NCBI GenBank assembly: GCA_964291235.2 | Contig: OZ219816.1 | Span: forward strand, 1,504,001 to 1,568,000 | Direction of reading: 5' to 3' | Length of the DNA: 64,000 bases | From: Vicinamibacteria bacterium | GTDB lineage: Bacteria > Acidobacteriota > Vicinamibacteria > Marinacidobacterales > Marinacidobacteraceae | Part shown: positions 56,835-64,000 of the stretch, piece after piece | Position numbering within the stretch: position 1 is the stretch's first letter | Layout: each line of letters begins with the position of its first letter | The notes under the pieces: model-generated | What the model saw: the letters and a program-made list of their open reading frames with translations, nothing else | What the model was told of the DNA's origin: nothing | Databases searched by the model: none | Translations under genes and position numbers: made by a program

Positions 56835-57683
56835 ATGCGACTGGCACTCGGCGCGACGGCGGCGGTCGCCTACGCGGTGCTGCTGCTCGCTCCGCTCGCC
56901 GTGATCGTCTATTCGGTGAGCCCGGGAGCGGCGCTCGAGATTCCGCCGTCCGGGATCAGCTTTCGCTGGTACGCGGGCCTGGCGGACCAGCCGCGCCTCA
57001 TTTCCGGGCTCTTCACCAGTTTGGCGCTGGGAGCGATCGCCACCGGTGCGGCCCTCATGACCGGCATTCCCGCCGCCCTCGCGCTCACCCGCGGTTCGCT
57101 CCCGGGCCGCGAGGCCTTCCTCGCCGTCTTGCTCTCACCACTCAGCCTCCCCGGCCTCGTTCTGGGCCTCGGCGTGCTGACCAGCGCCGCCGTGCTGGCG
57201 AACACCACCGGGATACAGACCGCCGGGACACTCTTTCCACTGGTCGCCGCCCACCTGCTCATCACCATTCCCTGGGTGGTTCGCAGCGTGGCCGCTTCGC
57301 TGGAATCCGCCGACCCCGCGCTCGAGGACCAGGCGCGCAGCCTGGGCGCCGGCCCATTCGCCACCCTCTTCCTAGTGACCCTTCCCAGCGCTCGCGCGGG
57401 TATCGTTGCCGGCGCGGTGTCCGCCTTCGTGATCTCTTTCGGGAACTTCGCCCTTTCGTTGCTCCTCGCCAGCGGCCGGACGGTCACCCTTCCGGTAGCC
57501 ATTTACGAAACCGTGGACCGTTACCAGGATCCCACCGTCGCCGCCATCAGCACCGTCACCATCGCCGCGGCGGTGGGGGCGGCGCTCCTGACCGACCGGA
57601 TCTCCGGACCGCTCAAGACCCGCGATTCGTCCTCCCGAGGCGGCCGGCCGCAGAGCTCCGGAGGGCTCGAACGCGGGCGATGA
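56835..57683 (+). CDS. ABC transporter permease (PotC-like)
   Basis: SFRWY, LEDQARSLGA EAA loop, TLPV.IY. Confidence 0.9.
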   Translation: MRLALGATAAVAYAVLLLAPLAVIVYSVSPGAALEIPPSGISFRWYAGLADQPRLISGLFTSLALGAIATGAALMTGIPAALALTRGSLPGREAFLAVLLSPLSLPGLVLGLGVLTSAAVLANTTGIQTAGTLFPLVAAHLLITIPWVVRSVAASLESADPALEDQARSLGAGPFATLFLVTLPSARAGIVAGAVSAFVISFGNFALSLLLASGRTVTLPVAIYETVDRYQDPTVAAISTVTIAAAVGAALLTDRISGPLKTRDSSSRGGRPQSSGGLERGR

Positions 57684-58732
57684 GCCGCGACCGGCGTTTT
57701 CTTCCTCGTGCCGCACGGCTTCCGGCAGCGCTCCTGCTGGCAGGCGGGTTCGCCCTCGGCTGTGGCGGCCGGGCGGCCGAGGATCTGGTCATCGCGGTTC
57801 CGCCGGGCCGTATTGCCGACCTCGAGGCGCATTTCGCCGGTCCCTTCGAGGCCGCGACCGGCGCCAACCTGATCCCGGTAGGGCTCCGCTCCGCCGATCA
57901 GGCGGCTCGGGTACGGGTCGAGAGCGGCAATCCCTCGCTGGACGTTCTCTGGATAGACGCCGGCGAAGCGGCGCTCCTCGCCCGCGAAGGACTCGTCGAA
58001 ACCGCCTTCGGGTCGGGAGCCGGCGCGTCGGATGGCTTACGGATTCCGAACGTCGCGTGGGTGGAACCGGACGCCTGGTTCACTCAGGGCGCCCTTCCCG
58101 CGACCTTTTCCTCGGCGATTGGGTTCCTCTACAACACCGCGGAGCTGCCCGTTCCACCGGCATCCTGGACGGCTCTCGAGGATCCGGCACTCGAGCGCCG
58201 CCTGGCCCTGTTCGGATTCGGGAGCACCCTCGGACCGCTCACCGTGGCCGCGCTGGCGCGCATCCACACCGGCGACGAGACGGACGAGGATGCCGGTTTC
58301 GGGCGGCTCGCACGCCTCCGGAACAACGTCCTTCTCTACGGGACCAGCGGACCTGCGAACAACCAGTTGGTGGCGCAGGGAGAGGCGTGGCTCACTCTGG
58401 GTTTGCCGTCCCAGGCCCAGCATCTGGCTCGCGAGGGCGCCCCGGTCGGGTGGTCAGCCCCCGCCGAAGGCGCCATCGCCCTGCCACAAGGGATCCAGAT
58501 CGTACGTGGCACCCGGCGTCCGGAGCTGGCCCGGGCCTTCGCCGACTACATGTTTTCCCTCGACGCCCAGCAGGTCGCGGCACAACAGCTCCAGCTGGTC
58601 CCTTCACGCGGCGATGCGGAGATTCCTGCGGACCTGCCGCCGCCCGACGCCCTCATGCGGCTCGACATGGTGACTCTGGGTGATCTGCGTCCATCGTGGG
58701 CTACCCGCTTCCGTCGCGAGATGATTCCCTGA
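57680..58732 (+). CDS. ABC transporter substrate-binding lipoprotein (PotD/AfuA-like)
   Basis: Lipobox ALGC; YNT, P.SW..L.DP, P.EG, A..F.DY..S..AQ. Confidence 0.85.
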   Translation: MSRDRRFLPRAARLPAALLLAGGFALGCGGRAAEDLVIAVPPGRIADLEAHFAGPFEAATGANLIPVGLRSADQAARVRVESGNPSLDVLWIDAGEAALLAREGLVETAFGSGAGASDGLRIPNVAWVEPDAWFTQGALPATFSSAIGFLYNTAELPVPPASWTALEDPALERRLALFGFGSTLGPLTVAALARIHTGDETDEDAGFGRLARLRNNVLLYGTSGPANNQLVAQGEAWLTLGLPSQAQHLAREGAPVGWSAPAEGAIALPQGIQIVRGTRRPELARAFADYMFSLDAQQVAAQQLQLVPSRGDAEIPADLPPPDALMRLDMVTLGDLRPSWATRFRREMIP

Positions 58733-60387
58733 TGATGACCCCCGAAACCCCGCCCGTTTCCCCGGAAGACGTGGATGCCCTCACCGACTGTCTCATGCCT
58801 CATCCCGCGGCGCTGGGATCCCGGGCCGCCGGTTTTCGGAGTTGGGTGGCCGGACTGGCCGAACGCTGGGTAGCGGCCGGAATCACGGGACCGTCCCGGG
58901 CAACCCCGGACGGATGGGAGGGACCGCCGGACCCGGCCGCGGTGGACCCCGAAGCCGTGAACCTGGTGCGGGCGACCCATCTGGACGACATTCGCGAGGC
59001 GGCGGAATGGGCTGGCAGCGCACGTTTCCTGAGCACCGAGCGGCGGGCCGCCATGACTCTCCTCACCGACGTGCTGGCCATCGGCGCCGCGCCGCCCCTG
59101 CCCGCGTTCCTTTCCGGTATTGACGCGAGCGGCCTTCTGGACGCCTTCGCCGACACCTCGGCTCCCAGCGCGACGCTCTGGAGGCCGGTGGACGGCCGCG
59201 GGTCCACCAACATCTGGTCCGCGATTTTGTGGAACCGCTTCGTGGGAGATCCCCAGGAACTCCACGCCGGACCGGAGTGCATCGCCGCCGCGGTCGCGGT
59301 GGCCGAGGTGCGCGGCCTCACCGTGGGAGACCTCCTCGACGCGATCGTGGTCGGCTGCGGCATCGGGAATTGGCACCGGGATGCCGTGGGTGCCGAGATG
59401 GAAGCGGCGGGCGTTCACTCCCCCGGCGCGCTCGCCCCGGTGGCCACCGCCGCTGCCGTCGGGCGTCTCGAGGGCGTGGGCGCTCGGAACCTTGCGCAAA
59501 CCATGCGGCGGGCCGGCGCGTTGACTCCCATGCATCCCTACCGGGCATTTGCCGATGGAACGTCCGCGAAGCTCCTTTTCGGCGCCTTCGGTCAGGTGCT
59601 CGGCGCCGCCGCCGCGCTGAGTATCAAGAACCCGATCGGGCTTCTTCCCGCTCCTTCTCTTGCCCGCCGGTCCCGAAAACCGGACATGCCTCCTTTCGAC
59701 GCGCGGCAGGCGACCAGGGCGATCCATGGAGTTGGCCTCAAGAAGTATCCCGGGTCGCGGGCTGTTCAGTCCGCGCTCGCGGCAATCGAAAAGCTGCCGC
59801 GGATCGAGCCGCAGGCTATCGAATCCGTGACGGTCGAGACCTACCCGTTCTCCGCGACAGTGTCCGGCTGGGCCCGTCCGGATACGGGACCGATCGCCAT
59901 GCACAGCCACATACCCACTGCGGTCGCGCTTCTCATCGAGGCTCGCGCCCAAAGGCATCCCTTCGACGCGGGCCGTTACCCACCGTTCCGCGAACCGGGG
60001 ACGATCGGACTCGCGGAACGGGTGATCGTGCGCTCCCACGAATTCGGCGAGGCCGGAGCCCCGTCGAGCCGGCGCATCCGGTGGGCCAAGGTCACGATCC
60101 GGCCCAAGGCGGGTCCGAATCTGACCGCCTCCTCCGGACCTCCCTTCGCACCGCCGCCGCGGGGAGCCGTCCGTGACCGCTTTGCCAACCTCACGCGAGG
60201 CACAGTGGTGCGGGATCCCCACCAACTCCCCTACTCGGCACCGGTACGGAGTCTCTTTGTCGAGCAGTCGGAGGAAATGCCCGAGAGCCCAACGCCACCG
60301 GTGCTTCCGTCCGTAACTCCCGACGAATCCGACGAGGCGACGGAAAAATCCACGCCGGGCACGAAGTCCGTCTTCGGCTCATCGTGA
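58732..60387 (+). CDS. MmgE/PrpD family protein, divergent
   Basis: AA.AVAE..G....DLL.AI..G, G.H..G, A.AAA.GRL, LKKYP, IESVTV motifs. Confidence 0.75.
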   Translation: MMTPETPPVSPEDVDALTDCLMPHPAALGSRAAGFRSWVAGLAERWVAAGITGPSRATPDGWEGPPDPAAVDPEAVNLVRATHLDDIREAAEWAGSARFLSTERRAAMTLLTDVLAIGAAPPLPAFLSGIDASGLLDAFADTSAPSATLWRPVDGRGSTNIWSAILWNRFVGDPQELHAGPECIAAAVAVAEVRGLTVGDLLDAIVVGCGIGNWHRDAVGAEMEAAGVHSPGALAPVATAAAVGRLEGVGARNLAQTMRRAGALTPMHPYRAFADGTSAKLLFGAFGQVLGAAAALSIKNPIGLLPAPSLARRSRKPDMPPFDARQATRAIHGVGLKKYPGSRAVQSALAAIEKLPRIEPQAIESVTVETYPFSATVSGWARPDTGPIAMHSHIPTAVALLIEARAQRHPFDAGRYPPFREPGTIGLAERVIVRSHEFGEAGAPSSRRIRWAKVTIRPKAGPNLTASSGPPFAPPPRGAVRDRFANLTRGTVVRDPHQLPYSAPVRSLFVEQSEEMPESPTPPVLPSVTPDESDEATEKSTPGTKSVFGSS

Positions 60388-61487
60388 ATCCGCGCGACGC
60401 CGGGCTGGCCCTCGAAGGGCTCGGGAAACGCTTCGGCGACACGGTATCGGTGTCGGACGTGACGTTACGCGTGGGACGGGGGGAACTCATGGCCCTCTTG
60501 GGATCCAGCGGAGCCGGCAAGTCCACCATCCTTCGCTGTATCGCCGGACACCTGGAGCCGGACGCGGGAGAGGTCTGGATCGGCGGCGAGGAGATGGACC
60601 GGACGCCGCCCGAGAACCGGAACGTGGGAATGGTGTTTCAAAGCTATGCCCTGTTCCCCCACCTGACCCTGCGCCGCAACGTCGCCTTCGGGCCGGAGCG
60701 CCGCGGAGCGTCGCGAAACGAGGCGACCGCCGTCGCCGACGAGATGCTGGAACGGGTGGGCCTCCTCGAACTCGGGGACCGCCACCCCCGCCAGATCTCG
60801 GGAGGAGAGCAGCAACGAGTGGCCGTCGCCCGGGCGCTCGCGATCCGTCCCGAGGTGCTCCTCCTGGACGAGCCGCTCTCCAGCCTCGATCAAACCTTGC
60901 GCCGGGAATTGCGTTCCTTGTTGCGGACGCTGCAGCGATCCTTCGAAGCGACCACCCTCTGGGTCACCCACGACCAGGAAGAGGCCCTCACGGTCGCCGA
61001 TCGGGTCGCCGTGCTGAACGGGGGGCGGCTTCAGCAGGTCGGAACTCCGCTCGAACTCCACACCCGGCCCGCCAACACCTTCGTCGCCAGCTTCGTCGGA
61101 AAGATGAACCTGTTGCCGGCCGTGGCGGAAACCGGCCGTCCCGACGCCTTCCGGCTGCCGGACGGGCCCGTGCTGCAGGCGGAACCGGGCAGCGTGCCCG
61201 ATGTTCTTGCCGGGGATTCCGGCGGCGGGGAGGATGGGTTCCTGCTGGCCATGCGGCCCGAGGTGGTCCAGATCGGCCACCCACCGCCGGCGCCCGGCTT
61301 CAACCGGATCGGCGCCAGGGTGCTGCGGATCGCTTTTCTCGGCGACCGTCTGGAAATCGAACTCGAACTCGACGGCGGGCACCGGCTGCTCGCGCGAGGC
61401 AACACCCTGTTCGAGAGTCTGGCTCGGGAAGGAGATCAGGTTCGGATCTTCTGGCCGGTCGCCGACACCCGGCTCCTGATTCCCTGA
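60384..61487 (+). CDS. ABC transporter ATP-binding protein (PotA-like, TOBE domain)
   Basis: GSSGAGKS, ISGGEQQR, LLLDEP, VTHDQEEA. Confidence 0.95.
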   Translation: MNPRDAGLALEGLGKRFGDTVSVSDVTLRVGRGELMALLGSSGAGKSTILRCIAGHLEPDAGEVWIGGEEMDRTPPENRNVGMVFQSYALFPHLTLRRNVAFGPERRGASRNEATAVADEMLERVGLLELGDRHPRQISGGEQQRVAVARALAIRPEVLLLDEPLSSLDQTLRRELRSLLRTLQRSFEATTLWVTHDQEEALTVADRVAVLNGGRLQQVGTPLELHTRPANTFVASFVGKMNLLPAVAETGRPDAFRLPDGPVLQAEPGSVPDVLAGDSGGGEDGFLLAMRPEVVQIGHPPPAPGFNRIGARVLRIAFLGDRLEIELELDGGHRLLARGNTLFESLAREGDQVRIFWPVADTRLLIP

Positions 61488-61545
61488 CCTGCGGGGAGCG
61501 CCAACCTGCGGGAGGGGCAGCAATCGGGGGTCACGCTCGCGAATC

Positions 61546-63072
61546 TCACCCTGGGTCCACCCAGCCGAAACTCCGCTCCACGGCCTTGTCCCAGGCCGAG
61601 AGCCGCTCGGCCCGCTCGGCGCCGGACATCGTCGGCTCGAAGCGGGCATCCTCTTCGAGAGCTCCCGCCAGTTCCGCTTCGGATTCCCAAAAGCCCACGG
61701 CGAGTCCGGCCGCGACCGCCGCGCCGAGCGCGGTGGTTTCGATGCACCGAGGCCGCACTACCGGAATGCCCAGGACATCGGACTGGAAGGACAGCAGGAG
61801 ACCGCTCACCGTCATGCCGCCGTCCACCCGGAGTTCCTCGGGCGCGTGGCCGGCGTCGGCGCGCATCGCCGCAATGACCTCGTGGACCTGGAATGCGGAG
61901 GCCTCGATCGCGGCCCGCGCCAGGTGCCGCCGGTCGGTGTGGCGCGTCAGACCACAGATGACACCCCGGGCGTCAGACCGCCACCAGGGGGCGAAGAGGC
62001 CGGAGAACGCAGGCACGATGACGGCGCCTCCCGAGTCCTCCACCTGAAGCGCCAACGCCTCCACCTCGGCCGCGGTCTCCGCGAATCCCAACTGATCCCG
62101 GAGCCATTGGACGAGCGAACCGGCGACCGCGACCGAACCCTCGAGGGCGTAGTCCACCCGGTCCGCATCGCTGTAGGCAACGGTGGTCAGCAGGCCGGCC
62201 TTCGACGCCACGGCTTTCGTTCCGGTGTGCATCAACAAGAAGGCGCCGGTCCCGTAGGTGCACTTGGCCTCACCGGGACGGAGCCGCAACTGGCCGAGAA
62301 GAGCCGCCTGCTGGTCTCCGATCACGCCGGTGATCGGAACCTCCGCGCCGAACGGGCCGCCGGCAGCGGTACGGCCCCAGGCCTCCGGATGGGACGAGGG
62401 AGCAATCTCCGGCAGCATGGAGGCGGGAACGGCCAGCGCATCGAGCAACTCGCCGCTCCATCCGAGACTCGCCAGGTCCATCATCAGGGTCCGGCTGGCG
62501 TTGGTGGGGTCGGTGCGGTGAACGGCGCCCCCCGTGAGTTTCCAGACGAGCCAGGACTCCACCGTACCGAACACGGCGCGGCCCGCGACCGCCCGATCCC
62601 GGAGACCCTCCTGGTTTTCGAGCAGCCAGCGCAGCTTCGGGCCCGAGAAATAGGTGGCGGCGGGGAGGCCGGTCAACTCCCGGAGACGCTCCGCCCCGAC
62701 GGCCGCCTCGAGGTCCGCCGCCAGTGCGGCGGTCCGGGTGTCCTGCCAGACGATCGCCGGGGCGAGCGGCTCTCCGGTCGCCGGATCCCAGACCACGGTG
62801 GTTTCCCGTTGGTTCGTGATCCCCACGGCCGCCACGTCTTTCGCTTCGAACCCCCCGTTCCGGAGCGCGCCGACCACCACCTCCGCGGTCCGGTCCCAGA
62901 TCTCGACCGCATCGTGCTCGACCCAGCCGGGGCGCGGAGTGAGCTGGCGGTGCTCCTGCTGCGCCGACCCGGCGACCGAACCGTCACGGCCGAACAACAG
63001 GCAACGGCTGCTGGTGGTCCCCTGGTCGATCGCCGCCACCACCCGGGGCCGCGAGCGTGCGGCGCCCGTCAC
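61546..63072 (-). CDS. glpK: Glycerol kinase
   Basis: DQGTTSSR, GITNQRET, YFSGPK, TNASRT, GDQQAAL, KCTYGTG, PAFSGL.AP.W. Confidence 0.96.
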   Translation of the reverse strand: MTGAARSRPRVVAAIDQGTTSSRCLLFGRDGSVAGSAQQEHRQLTPRPGWVEHDAVEIWDRTAEVVVGALRNGGFEAKDVAAVGITNQRETTVVWDPATGEPLAPAIVWQDTRTAALAADLEAAVGAERLRELTGLPAATYFSGPKLRWLLENQEGLRDRAVAGRAVFGTVESWLVWKLTGGAVHRTDPTNASRTLMMDLASLGWSGELLDALAVPASMLPEIAPSSHPEAWGRTAAGGPFGAEVPITGVIGDQQAALLGQLRLRPGEAKCTYGTGAFLLMHTGTKAVASKAGLLTTVAYSDADRVDYALEGSVAVAGSLVQWLRDQLGFAETAAEVEALALQVEDSGGAVIVPAFSGLFAPWWRSDARGVICGLTRHTDRRHLARAAIEASAFQVHEVIAAMRADAGHAPEELRVDGGMTVSGLLLSFQSDVLGIPVVRPRCIETTALGAAVAAGLAVGFWESEAELAGALEEDARFEPTMSGAERAERLSAWDKAVERSFGWVDPG

Positions 63073-64000
63073 CGGGAGTTGAGCCGCAACGCCTGCCCGG
63101 GCCGCGCTCCCGTTACCTCACCGTCCTGGAGGACGAAGACTCCGGAAACCAGCACGTGTTGCACTCCCGTCGAGTAGTGGTGCGGATCTCCGAATTCACC
63201 GTGTTCTTCCACCGCCGCCGGATCGAGGACGGCTAGATCCGCAATGGCCCCTTCCTCGACGATTCCGCGGCCCTCGAGACTCAGCCGCTGGGCGGGGAAC
63301 GAGGCCATCTTCCGGATCGCTTCCTCAAGGGAAAGGAGTCCGGCCTCACGGACGTACAGGCTCAAGACCCGGGAAAACGTGCCGTAGTTGCGCGGGTGGG
63401 GTACGCCTTCTCCAGGGGCCACCACGCCGCCGTCGGAGGAGATCATCGTCCGCGGGTGACTCATGATCCGGCGCACGTCATCCTCGTGCATGGCGTGGAA
63501 GACACCGCCGAAACCGCCCTTTTCCTGCAGTTCGAGAGCCAGGGTCGCTCCGTTTTCGACGTTCGACTCGAGCCCTCGCTCCCGGAGGATGTCGCCCATG
63601 CTCTTTCCCTCGAGCGAGGGATCCCACTCACAGCGGGAGATCTGCACGTTGTCGGGGCTCCCGCCCCCCCGGTCCACTTCGAGGTTGTTCCTGATCGCCT
63701 GGCGGATCTCCTCGCGCGTTTGGGGATCCTGGAGCCGCTCGAGCAGGGCCTCGTTGCCACCGGCAAGGCTCCAGCCGGGGAACAGGATGGTCAATCCGGT
63801 GGACGACGCCGTGTAGGGGTACTGGTCGATCGTCACGTCCACCCCGCGCGCGACCGCTTCGTCCACCAGCCGCAGGCTCTCGGTGCTCTGGCCCCACATG
63901 GGAGCACCCACCACTTTGTGGTGGGTGAGCTGGGTGGGCAGTCCGCCCTCTTCACCGATCCGGATCGTCTCGCGTACCGAATCCATCAGCGTGAGTCCCT
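63069..64000 (-). CDS. N-acyl-D-amino-acid deacylase (D-aminoacylase), 5' end outside the window
   Basis: HHK, DQYPYTASST, SSDG, HPRNYGTF, G..ADL. Confidence 0.92.
   Translation of the reverse strand, partial: GLTLMDSVRETIRIGEEGGLPTQLTHHKVVGAPMWGQSTESLRLVDEAVARGVDVTIDQYPYTASSTGLTILFPGWSLAGGNEALLERLQDPQTREEIRQAIRNNLEVDRGGGSPDNVQISRCEWDPSLEGKSMGDILRERGLESNVENGATLALELQEKGGFGGVFHAMHEDDVRRIMSHPRTMISSDGGVVAPGEGVPHPRNYGTFSRVLSLYVREAGLLSLEEAIRKMASFPAQRLSLEGRGIVEEGAIADLAVLDPAAVEEHGEFGDPHHYSTGVQHVLVSGVFVLQDGEVTGARPGQALRLNSR

Overview
High-GC, gene-dense bacterial window with about 50 CDSs. Many exported hydrolases, TPR/vWA proteins and beta-propellers suggest Acidobacteriota, but this is inference only. 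Recognisable genes are ygfZ, rmuC, a DmpA peptidase, a PA0069-type radical SAM, a ketoacyl synthase, a complete moxR-DUF58-batABCDE operon, ybaK, ppk1, a polyamine-type ABC transporter with an inserted MmgE/PrpD gene, glpK and a partial D-aminoacylase. No rRNA, tRNA or CRISPR array was seen. Intergenic regions carry two families of non-autonomous repeats (GTAG-headed REP/REPIN-like elements and IS5-like MITEs) plus an IS21-like end. The most unusual items are: (i) the two non-catalytic DNA-binding halves of an IS3 transposase, split and divergently arranged around about 850 bp of structured, operator-rich non-coding DNA; (ii) a cysteine-desulfurase-like protein lacking the PLP lysine, head-to-head with ygfZ; (iii) a Tat-less reductive-dehalogenase-like gene with a small upstream ORF; (iv) a heme c plus heavy-metal-binding gene pair; (v) a duplicated WYL-type promoter motif at rmuC. 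All family assignments are by motif recognition, not database search.
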